Program-made: the position numbers and the translations under genes | Part shown: positions 11,096 to 23,968 of the stretch, in pieces | How positions within the stretch are numbered: position 1 is the first letter of the stretch | How the letters are laid out: each line of letters begins with the position of its first letter | Source of the DNA: Mobula hypostoma | Lineage: Eukaryota | Direction of reading: 5' to 3' | Length of the DNA stretch: 64,000 nucleotides | NCBI RefSeq assembly: GCF_963921235.1 | Contig: NC_086097.1 | Span: 153,204,001-153,268,000 of the forward strand | Notes under the pieces: model-generated | What the model was told of the DNA's origin: nothing | What the model saw: the letters and a program-made list of their open reading frames with translations, nothing else | Databases searched by the model: none

Positions 11096-11400
11096 CAAAG
11101 CTATTACAATGTTGTTACCATTAGTAAGACTTGGTTGCAGGAGGAGCGGGACTGGCAGCTCAGTTTTGTGAGCCTCTGTTGTTGTAGACATGCTGGAGAG
11201 GGAGGTATGAAAGGTCGAATGGAGGCATTACTCATCAGTGAAATTGTCTCCACAGTGCTCAGAGAGGACATACAGGAGGTCTCTTCTACTGAGTCAAATT
11301 TGATTGATCTGAGGAATAAGAAAGGGATAGCCATGTTAATGGGTATATATTATTGAACTCACCATAGTCTGCAGGATTCAAAAGAACAAATTTGTAGAGA

Positions 11401-11800
11401 GTTCAAAGTAATTTCAAAGTAAATTTATTTCAAAGTATCTATATGTCACCATATACTGTACAACTCTGAGTCATGTTTACTTATGAGCACTCATGTTAAG
11501 TACAAAGAAATGAATAATAATAAATAAGCAAGAAATATAGAAAACATAAGATGAAAAGTCCTTGAAGATGAATCCATAGGGTGTAGGAACATTTCCCTGC
11601 TGGGTTGAGCAAAGTTACCCCTCTGTTCAAGAACCTGATGGTTGAAGGTAAATAAGTGTTCCTGAAGTTGGTGGTGCAGGTCATGTGGCTCCCTCTAACT
11701 CCTTCCTAATAGCAGCAGTGAGAAAAGGGCATGGCCTGGATGGTGCGTGTCCTTGACGATGAATGCAGCCTTCTTGTAACAGCATTCCATGTTGATGGCT
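11401..11800 (-). mobile_element. Rex1/Babar LINE 3' fragment
   Basis: TTNFRNTYLPSTIRFLN motif; AATAAATTTACTTTGAA-type tail on the minus strand. Confidence 0.7.
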
Positions 11801-12649
11801 TATCCATAATTCTCTTAAATGTTTAAATTGATCCAACTGGCAGCTCCTTCCACAATGAAGAAATTACCTATCATATATTCCTTAAGTGATGTGGCTCTTG
11901 CGCAACAGTTAGTACATGGGCTTCACAGAGAAATATTTTGATCCAGTGGCAAGATGAGTGGAGACAGGCTCTGCTGCTTGGTAATTCATGGTAAACAATT
12001 GCCTTCTAATAACTGAAAAAAACAAAATCTTTAGATAGTTCCCTATCCACTGTGTTAATGGTCTCCTTAAAAATTCCAGGTTGGTTATTTATGAGTCCTA
12101 CCCTTCTCATTTACAAGTTGACTCTTTGACAAGCTGATGTGTCTCCAAGTAGTCACTTACTCTTCCTGTTGGACACTGCTTTATCATTAATATTAAACCA
12201 ACCAGTCTGTAGATCCTAATTTCTTAACCAAATTCCTCCTTAAATAACAGTGAGACTTTTCAATTTACCACTTTAAAGTCATTTGAATCTCAAAAGCTTT
12301 GGAAAAACTTAGTTTTGGAAAGCAGCATATTTGTATTTTCTTTATCTATGTATTTTTCTCAACAATCAGATTCTTTCACTTTTGTTAAGCTTGCTAGAAT
12401 GCTGCTTTTGACTTGTATCAGCTTGTTTTCTACCAGTTGTGTTTTGTGTTCTTCCTTTACATTTCTGGCATCCTAGAACTTCATCCATTTTAATCTTGCT
12501 TCGATTAATTGCCCTCATTCTCTTACCTAAGTAAAATCATAAAAATAACTTTAACTGTTACCTTTCTCATTGCATCTGGTTCTCCACTTATCACTTGATC
12601 CATGCCCAAGATAGTTCTAGGATATATTTTGAAAGCTGTTCCAAGTATA

Positions 12650-12908
12650 TAGGGTGGCATGGTAGCATAACAATTAGTGCAACACTATTTCAGCTCAGGG
12701 GGTTAAAGAGTTTGGAGTTCAATTCTGGCACTGTCAGTAAGGAGCCTGTATATCATTGCTATGGAATGCTTGGGTTTTCCCCAGGTGCTCTGGTTTCCTC
12801 CACTGTCTAAAGATGTACTTTTTCATTGTAAATAGTTCTGTGATTATTTCAGGGTTAATCAGGGCTGTTCAGGGGTTGCTATGGAGGCGTGGCTTGAAGG
12901 ACCAAAGG
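12650..12908 (+). mobile_element. tRNA-derived SINE (HE1/V-SINE-like), decayed
   Basis: GGTGGCATGGTAGC head, GAGTTCAATTC B box, GGGTTTTCCCCAGGTGCTCTGGTTTCCTCC core. Confidence 0.65.
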
Positions 12909-13812
12909 GTCTACATGGGAGTCTGCTAATCCTCCACTTCCAAGTTCTGTCATTGCCAGCACACATCATGACAGAAAAACACTGCCTTCAATGGACTCAG
13001 CAAATGTAAAACAGCAGCTGGGTGAGCTGTAGATGAGGATGGCTTCTTTACTCAGTTCATGTCTCGAGTCTACATTCCGAGTGTACGTTCTGAACCTGTC
13101 CTTTCCTTGTTCAGGATTTTTTCCAACATTCCCTGGGTTGATAAGGTTCGTTAGTTCTTCCACGGTATTCAATGTTTCCAAGCTACATGCAAGGTTTCTG
13201 TTGTTTCCGAGTTAAATTTGCATTGCTCCCAAGTTAAATATTCATTGCCCCTGAATATATGCACAATGTTCCGGAGTTGTATGCACTGATTCGAATTTTC
13301 CAGCCCTACCTTGAGAGCATCAGGTCTGTTTCAAATTTTCTAGCCCTATCCCGCAAGCATCCGATCTGTCCCAGTTTCTACCAGCCCTGTCCCAAGTTCC
13401 CCACAGCCCCCTGGGCTGTCAGGTGGCAACCTCAGGAGGGAGGTACTGTCATGAGCCCTTCTGGCCTGTGCGGCAAGCCATAGAACATTGGCCTTCTAGG
13501 TTTCTCCAGCACTGGTATCTACTAATTGCTGTCTTATGAGAGTGCTTAAGCCCTTGTGCTTCTGTTTAATCTTGTTAAATTAGTTGTGACTGGCACGGGT
13601 CTTCTGTTTTCTATGATTATTTAATTTGGACTCATGATTAGAGTTGCTCATGGGGTCCCCGCGTTGAGAATGATTTGTTTTGCGATGTTGCCTGGTCTTG
13701 CCTCTGATACTCTGCAGATATTCCTATGTATAACCTCTTGTTTCTGTCTCTACATGAGGGTCTGCCATTCCTCCACACATGGGTTCAGTCGTTGCCAATG
13801 CTCACCGTGATG
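12909..13812 (+). mobile_element. Miniature non-autonomous sushi-like Gypsy LTR element (partial 5' LTR 12909-12973, ~470-bp internal region, 3' LTR 13447-13812)
   Basis: The 5' LTR end (...CATGACA) resembles the 3' LTR end; gag-like start ATGGACTCAGCA; PPT GGAGGGAGG directly before TGTCATG. Confidence 0.65.
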
Positions 13813-15320
13813 GGATATCTGTAGATATTTTTTAACAAACTTGTCCAAACTTTCAAAGCCTAATTTATGAACTGCCTGATCATTTTTATTGAAGTCTTTC
13901 TATCTATTTTGTATGGTCTACCTGTGACTCCAGACCCAAAGCAATGTAATTGACTCCAGACTGCCCTCTGAAACGGCACAGCACTCACTTAGTTATATTA
14001 AACTGCTAGAAAGCCAAGAAGCAGCAAAACCAGATCTATCTAGGCACTGGAAATGACAATAGTAGAAAGTACCCTACCTACAAATAAGAGTCCTTCTTAC
14101 TGACATCTGGGGGCTTGTGCAAAATGTGGGAGACCTATTTCACAGCTCAGCAAATAGCAGCATGACATAGTCATATTATTTATGTCTTAAGTTCATTCCC
14201 CAGCCACCACCATCTGCTTCCCAGTTGAACTGACAGAGATGGTGGCATGGTGGTATACATTCAGGAGGGGACTGAATTTATACCACCAGTTATCTCTCAA
14301 CATTGACCCAGTTAAATCTTATGGCATCAGGTTAAACCAAGGCAAGAAAACCTTCTTCCGGTTTCCACCTGCTGATCCCATGACAAATTAGTCAACATTG
14401 CTCCATGCTGAACGTAATTGGAAGAAGCATTGAGAGTAGTAAGGACTCTGAACATGCACTAAATGGTAAACTTCAATCTCCTTCACTAAGAATGGCTTTC
14501 TAGCATCACTACAGACTGAGCTGGTGAGGTGCTAATGGGCATCACTCTTAAATTAAGCCTGTGGCATGTGGTGAGGGAACCAACAAGAGAAAAAAACATA
14601 CTTGATCTCATCCTCAATCGTCCTGCCACAGATCAATCTGTCCATGACAGGATCAATAGGCAGACCACATAGACCTTGTGGAGACAAAATTACTTCTTTA
14701 CAGTGAAATGACACTTTATTGTGGCACGTCATCATGAACAGATCCAACAACTTGGGACTGGGCACTCATGGGACACTGTAGGTGACAATCAGCAGCAGAA
14801 ATGTAATCAGTCACAATGTGCAACCTCACTTCCAGTCCCACCAGAGTCACCCAGCTCATGGCCTCATTACAGATCTAGTCCAAATATGGATCAGGGAGCT
14901 GATGTTAAGAAGTGAAGGGAGAATAATTGCCCTTGACATTAAGACTGTATTTGACTGACTATGGTATCAAGGAGTCCTCATTAAACTGGAGTCAATGGAA
15001 ATAAGGGAAAACCTTCTATTGGCTAGAATCATAACTAGCACAAAGGAAGATAGCTGTGGTGGCAGGAGATCAATAATCTCAGAAACAGATGATCTCTGCA
15101 GGATTTCCTCGATTAAAAGGCCTGGAGAGAGTGGCATGGAGGGAATATCTTCACTCAGGGAGAGTCGAGGGCCAGAGTGCACAGCTTCAAAATAGAAGAA
15201 CATCCCTTTAGAACAGAGCTCAGGAGGAAATTATTTAGCCAAGGGATAATGAATCTAAGGAATTCAGTGCCACAGGCATCTGTGAAGGTCAAATTATTGA
15301 ATATAATTAATCTGGAGCTT

Positions 15321-16437
15321 CAATCACAAATAAGAGAAAATCTGCAGATGCTGGTAATTCAAGCAACACACACAAAATTCTGGAGGAACTCAGCAGGCTG
15401 GGCAGCATCTATGGAAAAGAGTAGTTGATGTTCTGGGCCAAAACCATTCAGCAGGACTGGAGGAAAAGAGCTGAGGAGTAGAATGAAAAGATGGGGTGAG
15501 GGGCGAGACAAACATAAGGTAATAGGTGAAACTGGGAGGAGGAGGGATTAAGTAAAGAACCAGGAAGTTGATTGGTGAAAGTGATACAGGGCTGGAGAAA
15601 GGGGAATCTAATAGAAGAGGACAGACAGGTATGGAATAAAGAAGAGCGTGGAGGAGCACCGGAGGGAGATAATGGGCAGGCAAAGATAAGGTGAGAGAGG
15701 GAAAAGGGGATGGGGCATGGTGAAGGATGTGGAGGGGCTGTTACTGGAAGTTCAAGAAATTGATGTTCATGCCATTAGTTTGGAGGCTACCCAGACAGAA
15801 TATAAGATGTTGTTCTTCCAACCTAAGCGTGGCCTCACCACTATAGTGGAGGAAGCCATGGAGAGACATGTTGGAACGGGAAGTGGAATTAAAATGGGAA
15901 GCCACTGGGAGATCCAGCTTTATCTGGTAGACAGAGTGTAGGTGCTCGGCGAAGTTGTCTCCCAATCTACGTTGGGTCTCACTGATACACAGGAGGCCAC
16001 ATCAGGAGCACCGAACACAGTACATGACCCCAACAGACTCACAGGTGAAGTGTCACCTCACCTGGAAGGACTGTTTGGGGCCCTGAATGGTAGTGAAGGA
16101 AAAGGTGTAGGGGCAGGTGTAGCACTTGTTCTGCTTGCAAGAATAAGTGCCAGGAGCAGGATCAGTGGGGAGGAACAAATGAACAAGGAAGTCCTGTAGG
16201 GAGCGTTTCCTGAGGAAAGCAGAAAGTGGGGGGTGGGGGGGGGGGAAAGATATGCTTTGTAGTGGAATCCTGATGGAGATGGTGTAATTCGTGGACATGG
16301 AGGCTGATGGGGTGGTAGAGGAGGACAAGAGGAGCCTTATCCCTGGTAGGTGGCGGGAGGATGGGGTGAAGGGTGCAAGAAATGGAAGAGATTTGGTTGA
16401 GAGCGGCGTTGATGGTGGAGGAAGGGAAATCCCTTTG
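15321..16437 (-). mobile_element. PLE copy (left arm of inverted dimer), decayed GIY-YIG and hammerhead
   Basis: Frameshifted RDFPSSTINAAL, SCKQNKCYTCPY, LRLEEQHLIF; decayed hammerhead at 15423-15460. Confidence 0.88.
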
Positions 16438-16439
16438 AA

Positions 16440-17928
16440 TTAGTCCATGTTCGAAGCCTACACTGGTGACCATCCCGCACTTTTCCTATGCTACATCAAC
16501 GACTGCATTGGTGCTGCACTCATGCTGAACTTGTCAACTTCATCCACTTTGCCTCCAACTTCCACCCTGCCCTCAATTTTATCTGGTGTATTTCTGCCAC
16601 CTCCCTCCTCTTCCTCAATTTCTCTGTCTCTGGAGACAGCTCATCTACAGATGTCTATTACAAACCCAAGGGCACTCATAGCTACCTAGACTATAGCTCC
16701 TCCCACCCTTTTATTTGTGAAAAACGCCATTCCCTTCTTTCAATTCCTCCGTCCCCACCACATCTGCTCTCAGGATGACACTTTTCTTACCAGAATGCAG
16801 GAGATGTCCTCCTTTTTCAAAGAAAGGGGCTTCCCTTCCTCTACCGTCAATGCTGCCCTCACCCGCATCTCTTCCATTTCATGTACTTCTGCGCTCACCC
16901 ATCCTCTTGCCACCTGACCAGGGATAGTTTTCCTCTTGTCCTCACCTACCACCCCACCAGCCTCCACATCTACAACATAATTCTCCATAACTTCAGCCAC
17001 CTCTAATGGGATCCCACCACCAACCACATCCTTCCCTCCCCCCACTTTCTGCTTTCCGCAAGTCCCTACGTGACTTCCTTGTTCATTCGTCCTTCTCCAC
17101 TGATCTCCTTCCTAGCATGTTTCCTTGCAAACAGAACAAGTGCTACACTTGCCCCTACACCACCTCCCTCACTACCATTCAGAGCCCCAAACAGTCCTCC
17201 CAAGTGAGGCAACACTTTAAATGTGAGTCTATTGGGGTCATATACTTTGTCCAGTGCTCCCGGTGTGGCTTCCTGTATATCGGTGAGACTTGACGTAGAT
17301 TGGAAGAATGCTTCACCGAGCATCTATGCTCCATCCACTAGAAAAAGTGAGATCTCTCGGTAGCCATTTTAAGTCAACTTCCCATTCCCATTCCGATATG
17401 TCCATCCATAGCCTCCTCCACTGTCCTAATGAGGCCACACTTAGGTTGGAGGAACAACACCTTATATTCTGTCTGAGTAGCCTCCAACCTGATGGTACGA
17501 ATATCAATTTCTTGAACTTCCAGTAATAGCCCCCATCTCCCCGCATCCACCCACCGCCTTCACCATTCTCCATCCCCTTTTCCCTCTCTTACCTTATCTC
17601 CTAGATCTCTCATCACCTCCATATGCTATTCCTTCCCCCCTTTTCTTTCTTCCATGACTGTCTGTCCTTTTCTATCAGATTCCCCCTTCTCCAGCCCTGT
17701 ATCTCTTTCAGCAATCACCTTCTCAGCTCTTTAATTCATCCCTCCCCCTTCAGGTTTCACCTGTATCTCTCCCTCCCACCTCCCCCCCCCCACCCCCAGT
17801 TTTTAAATCTACTTCTCAGCTTTCTTTCTCCAGTCCTGCTGATGGGTTTCGGTCCAAAACATCGACTGTACCCTTTTCCATAGATGTCGCCTGGCCTGCT
17901 GAGTTCCTCCAGTACTTTGTGTTTTTTT
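16440..17928 (+). mobile_element. PLE copy (right arm of inverted dimer) with RT C-terminal part, GIY-YIG and decayed hammerhead
   Basis: LFLCYINDCIG (decayed YIDD), TDVYYKP..HSYLDYSSSHP, VIYFVQCSRCGFLYIGET; hammerhead CAGTC CTGCTGA TGGGTTTCGGTCC AAAAC ATC GACTG at 17831-17868. Confidence 0.9.
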
Positions 17929-19829
17929 TTAATGTGGAGCTTGTCAGGGTCTTGATTAATAAGGCAATCAAAGGTTATAGGGATAAAGCAAGAGAATGGA
18001 GTTAAGAAGAAAAAGAAATCAGCTATGACCAAATAGAGGAGCAGACTTGATTGGCCAAATGGCCTTATTATGCTGCTATGTCCCAAGGTCTTATGTTCTA
18101 GTGTCCTAGCCTCAAACCTCTACAGCTGCTTCCTTCAGTCATAAGGTTAGAAGTAAGGATGTTTGCTGATGACTGCTCAAAGATCCACACCGCTCATGAC
18201 CTCTCACATGATGAGACAGCGATACATCCAGATATAGCAAGACCTGGACATTATCTAAGTCTAATGTAAGTAATGTTCATATCATAGCAGGTCCAGGTTA
18301 TGGCAATATCCAGCAAGAGAAAATCCAGTTATCACCCCTTGGCATTTAATGGCATTGCGATCACTATCAGTGTCCTGTGAGTTATCATTGATCAGAAACA
18401 GATATGAAGTAGTCATATACACAGTGAGACTGTAAAAGGAGGTCAGAGGCTAGGAATCACTTTCTAACTCCTCAAACTCTGTCCACCTGTCCAACTACTG
18501 TATGTGGCTCCATTTAGTAGAGAGGTGGAATGTTCTCTACTTGCCTGGATGTGCAGCTTCAATAACTTTCAAGCAGCTTAATACTCTCCAGGACATAGCA
18601 GCCCACTTGATAGACACCCCATCCATAACTAGTTGCTAAAACTGCCACCGATGCACAGTAGCAAAGGTTCATACCATCTACAGAATGGACTGCAGCAACT
18701 TACCAAGATCCGCCTTCCATACCTACAACGTCGAGAAGAACAAGGGCAGCAAACGTGTGAGATTGCCATGACCTGAAAGTTACCCTCCTAATCATTCACC
18801 ATTCTAACCTGGAAACATAATACCGTTCCTTCACTGTTGTGGAATCAGGATCCTGGAAATCCCTCCCTAATAGTATTATGAGTCCAAGGATTGCAACAAT
18901 TCAAGAAGGCAATTAGGGATGAACAATTAAATGCTGGCTAAGTCTGCGATGTCCAAAGCCCTTAAATGAGTTTTTAAAATGGCTACCTTACTAATTCAGT
19001 ATTTTTATAATTTTACAATGCTACTGAAGTATCAGACTAATTTTTATACTTGGAGATGGATTTTAACTCATAAACATCTAATTTTGAAACATCTCTGCAA
19101 TCACTGAGCAAGAGTTAACCAACAGGCAAAGGCTAGTCAACAACACTGAGAAACAGATATCAGGATGATCCAACAAAAAATGTATTGTACAAGACTGAGC
19201 CTCAAAGGTCACAATTGCGGTCTTTATGGCTCAGTCATATACATCCTCTGAGTATCTAACTTCATAAATATTTCAATAGAACCAACCAGTTTCAGGATGA
19301 GGAATACATTCTGAGAGGGTCAGTACCATCCAGGATATTTATAGATTCATGTTTGAAAAGTTAAGACAAGATATTCATTGTCACTTAAGTATTGTGTTTC
19401 ATTTAATGACAAGTGTAAAACAATGTATGAATGAGTTTTAATAGCACAGACATATTCTGCTTGTCTTTTTCTAAATCCTGATCTTTCTTGTTTAAGTAAG
19501 ACAGCCTTATATGCTCTGTGAACCCTGAACAAGTGCAATAAGATGATTTTGTAAACTGAACACACAAAGTCCAGCATCTGCAGATTTCCTTGTGTTTGCG
19601 TTTTTAAATACATGACCTTTCACTTTATTCATCAAAGACTTTAGCAAATCCATTTATTTTCGTAGTAATTTTTCTGATTACATTTACAAAGAAAGCAATT
19701 TCTGAGGTAATTTATATGCTTCAACTACCCACATACAGTCACCGCTTATGCATTGTCATGTCAAAGGCTCCAAAAGAAGTTCAAGCCAAAAGTTTGTTTT
19801 TTTTTATTATCAGTCTTCTAAACATCTAA

Positions 19830-21800
19830 CATGGGAATTGTGAAGAAATGTTTCCTCATTTCATCTTAAGCAATTTACCTGTTATTCTAAAATTGTGCCT
19901 TCTGATCTAAAACTTCTCAGCCGGGGAAAGAAGCCTGCTTGCATTCAGCCTGTCCAATCTTTTAAGAATTTTAAGTTTCATTGAGATCTCCTCTCATTCT
20001 TCTAAATCTTAGAAAATAAGATTTCAAGGTTCCCTCAAATAGTTAACCAGAAATGGCCTGGTGAATATTTATTATATTCCATGGCAGGTACAAACTTTCT
20101 AAGAGGAAGAGAGCAAAACTATTCACAACACTCCAAGTACAGTTTTATCAAGGCTTTATGTAATTTCAGAATAACCTTCTTACTAATGTAATCAAACCCT
20201 CTCTATGTAAAGGCATTACCATTTGCTCTTATTGCCAATTTGACTTGCATGTTGACCTTCAGAAATGTGTACAAGCATGCACAAGTCACTTGAACATCTT
20301 TCACTTTCTAGCAAAAATTCTCACTTTTCTGACATATTCATGCTATAAGTATGGATGGCTTCACATTTTTCCCCACATTATGTTCTATCTGTCACATTCT
20401 TTCCTATTCACTTAGCTTTTCCATATCTTCCTGGAGATTCTTTACATCCTCCCTTGGACAAGTCTCCCTAGGGTACCTTTAGACAAATTGTGAAATAGAT
20501 TGCAAATAACTGAGGCACATGCTTCAGTTCCTGCAATACCCCAGTAGATATAAGCTGCCAGTCAGAGAGAATCTGTTTATTCCCACACTTTGATTTCTGT
20601 CCAATAGACAAATCTCTATCAGGTTAGTACGTATATTATCCTGATTCCATGCGTTCTAAGCTTGTTGGCCAGCTATGTGTGTGGAACTTCAAGCAAACCT
20701 CTGAAGAATTCAAAATTTACCATATCCATAGGTCTCATGTTATCTATTTCACCAGTCAAACACAGACCATAGGAAATTGAAACAGGATTAGGCCATTTCA
20801 GCCCATTTAGTCTGCTTCAACATTTCATCATGGTTGATTTATTATTGTGAAGAAAAAGCATTTCAGGATGTATATCTTATATATTTCTCTGACATTAAAT
20901 GTACCTTTGAAACCTCTCAACTTCTATTTCCTGCTTTCTCCCTGTAACCTTTGACTCCCTTGCTAATCAAAAACTTATCAATCTCTGGCTTAAATATACC
21001 CAATGCCCTGGCCTTCACAGCTGTCTATGGCAATGAATTCCACAGATTCACCACCCTCTGGCTAAAGAAATTTCTCCTCATCTCTGTTCTAAAGGGATGT
21101 CCCTCTATTCAGAGGCTGTGCTCTCTGGTTTTAGTCTCCCCCACTATAGGAAATACCCTTTCTGCATTCACTCTGTCTACAGCTTTTAATGTTCAATAGG
21201 TTTCAATGAGATCTGTTCTCAGTCTTCTAAATTTTGGCGAGTACAGGGCAAGAGCAATCAAACGCTCCTCATAAGTTAAAACTTTCATTTCCAGGATAAC
21301 TTTGGTGAACCTCCTCTGAACCTTCTCCAATGCCAGCACACCGTTTTTTAGATAAGGGGCCCAAAATTTCTCAGAATTCTCCAAGTGCAATTTGATCTCA
21401 ATCCTCAAAGAACTCCAGTAGGTTTCTTAAACATGATCTTCAGTTCAGAAACCCACATTGACTCTATCCAGTCTTATTATTGTTTTGAGTGAATTCTACT
21501 ATTACATTACACATTACAGATTCTAATGACATAGGCTAACAGATGAGTAGCTCCTATCTTTTTCTCTCTTCTTCCTTTCTTTAATAAAAGGGTCACATTT
21601 GCTATTCTTTAATTCACAGAAACAACTACAGAATGTATTGAACTTGAAAGATGACAACAAGAGCATCACTTTCATCTCTAAAGCCACCTCCTTCAAAATT
21701 CTGGGATGTATACCATTAGACACTTGAGATTTGTCAGCCTTCAAGCTCACTAACTCCTTCCTGTAGGTTGGTTGATTCTCTCTCCTTGTTGACATTGAAA
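19830..21800 (-). mobile_element. Old CR1 fragments (two or more copies)
   Basis: HLENSEKFWAPYL...LEKVQRRFTK (21193-21408) and LKADKSQVSNGIHPRILKEVA (21523-21795). Confidence 0.7.
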
Positions 21801-21882
21801 ACTCTATTTTTTCATGTGAGAATGAATAAAGTGGTTAGTATGTCTTAGAGCAACACACATAAAATACTGAAGGAACTGAGCA

Positions 21883-22555
21883 GACAACAGGAATTCTGCA
21901 GATGCTGGAAATTCAAGCAACACACATCAAAGTTGCTGGTGAACGCAGCAGGCCAGGCAGCATCTCCAGGAAGAGGTACAGTCAACGTTTCAGGCCGAGA
22001 CCCTTCGTCAGGACTAACTGAAGGAAGAGTTAGTAAGAGATTTGAAAGTGGGAGGGGGAGGGGGAGATCCAAAATGATAGGACAAGACAGGACGGGGAGG
22101 GATGGAGCCAAGAGCCGGACAGGTGATTGGCAAAGGAGATATGAGAGGATCATGGGACAGGAGGTCCAGGGAGAAAGACAAGTGGTGGGGGGAACCCAGA
22201 GGATGGGCAAGGGGTATATTCAGAGGGACAGAGGAAGAAGAAGGAGAGAGAGAGAAAGAATGTGTGTATAAAAATAAATAACGGATGGGGTACGAGGGGG
22301 AGGTGGGGCATTAGCAGAAGTTAGAGAAGTCGATGTTCATGCCATCAGGTTGGAGGCTACCCAGACGGAATATAAGGTGTTGTTCCTCCAACCTGAGTGT
22401 GGCTTCATCTTTACAGTAGAGGAGGCCGTGGATAGACATGTCAGAATGGGAATGGGATGTGGAATTAAAATGTGTGGCCACTGGGAGACCCTGCTTTCTC
22501 TGGCGGACAGAGCGTAGGTGTTCAGCAAAGCGGTCTCCCAGTCTGCGTCGGGTCT
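21883..22555 (-). mobile_element. Young 5'-truncated PLE copy nested in an older PLE-tail dimer
   Basis: Highly similar to 199-840; possible TSD CTGAGCA at 21876-21882 and 22556-22562. Confidence 0.88.
21979..22016 (-). ncRNA. Minimal hammerhead ribozyme motif (intact core, GUU site)
   Basis: Minus strand reads TAGTC CTGACGA AGGGTCTCGGCCT GAAAC GTT GACTG. Confidence 0.82.
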
Positions 22556-23968
22556 CTGAGCAACACCTATGGAACTGAATAAACAGTCAATATTTCTGGA
22601 CAAGACCCTTCATTTCCATGGTTGCTGTCTTATCTGCTGAGTTCCTCCAGCAGTTTCTATGTGTTGCTCTGGATTTGCAACATCTGCAGAACCTCTAGTG
22701 TTTATTATTACGTCTTAGATCCAGTTTTAGGGCTTTACGGGCATTTTATCATGAGCACAGTGTTGAAACCATTTTCTAAGTGAGACCTTTAAAAGGTGTA
22801 TTGTGTGTCAGTAAATCTATATGCTACAAATCAGGAACATTTAGGCGAAAAGTAAGCAGAAGCAGGAAATCAGTGCAGCAGATCTCAGCTGATTACAGAA
22901 CATTTGATTTATACTTCATGGTTTCGAAAGTTATTTTTATTAATTCTCAATAGTTTGCTAATTCATTTCATAGTACAAGATTTGGACCTGCCTATTTATC
23001 ATGCATTAATGTATCTCTGGAAATCAGCATTGCTAATGTAAGTTGACAGCATAACGATGGGTTAAATTTAAGATATCCTGACAATAGGACATAAGATTTA
23101 GAAGCATCAGAGTACCAGAGAGCGAGAAAAGGGAAATTATCCTCTCTATTTCTTGTATTGATCACCAGTCTTTATCTTTACACCCTTCACTTTCTCCTTA
23201 AGAATGTAACAAAATAGGAGCAGATATAGAAAACCACTTAATTAAAGATTCTAGTATGGATAAAGCAGTGGCTGATTGGCTGAAGGCAAAGAGTGGGAAG
23301 AAAGGGAGCCTTTTGAGGTTGGTTGCCAGTGACTAGTGGTGTTCCTTGGTAGTCTGTGTTCAGACTGATTCTTTCATGTTATATGCCAATGATTTGGAAG
23401 ATGGAATTGATGGCTTTGTTGCAAAGTTTGCAGATAATATGAAGATGGGTAGAGGGGCAGGTAGTTTGAGGAAGTAGTGAGGCTACAAAAGGACAGACAA
23501 ATTAGGAGAATGGGCAAAGAAGTGGCAATGGACTATAGTGTTGGGAAGTGTATTGTCATGCACTTTGGCAGAAGTAATGAAAGTAGAACTATTTTCTAAA
23601 TGGAGAGAAAACACCAAAAAAAAACTGAGACACAAAGGGACTTGGAAATCCATGTGCAGGATTCCCAAAAGGTTAATTTGCAGGTTGAGTCTGTGGTGAG
23701 GAAGGCAAATACAATGTTAGCATTCATTTCAAGCAGCCTAGAAAATAAAAACAAGGATGCAATGTTGCGACATTATAAAGCACTGGTAAAGCCTCGCTTG
23801 GAGTATTGGGAGCAGTTTTGGGCCACTTATCTTAGAAGGATGTGCTGAAACTAGAGAGGGTTCAAAGGAGGTTCATGAAGATGGAGTGTGTTTGATGGCT
23901 CTGGGCTTGTATTCACTAGAATTCCAAAGAATGAGGGATGACCTAAATGAAACCTATTGAATGGTAAA

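Larger units (their letters stand above)
13930..18970 (+). mobile_element. Very old CR1/L2-group LINE remnants hosting a CR1 3' fragment (~15110-18100) and the inverted PLE dimer
   Basis: Decayed endonuclease- and RT-like segments (ATGTTTGCTGATGAC at ~18160), tail GGCAATTAGGGATGAACAATTAAATGCTGG. Confidence 0.5.
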
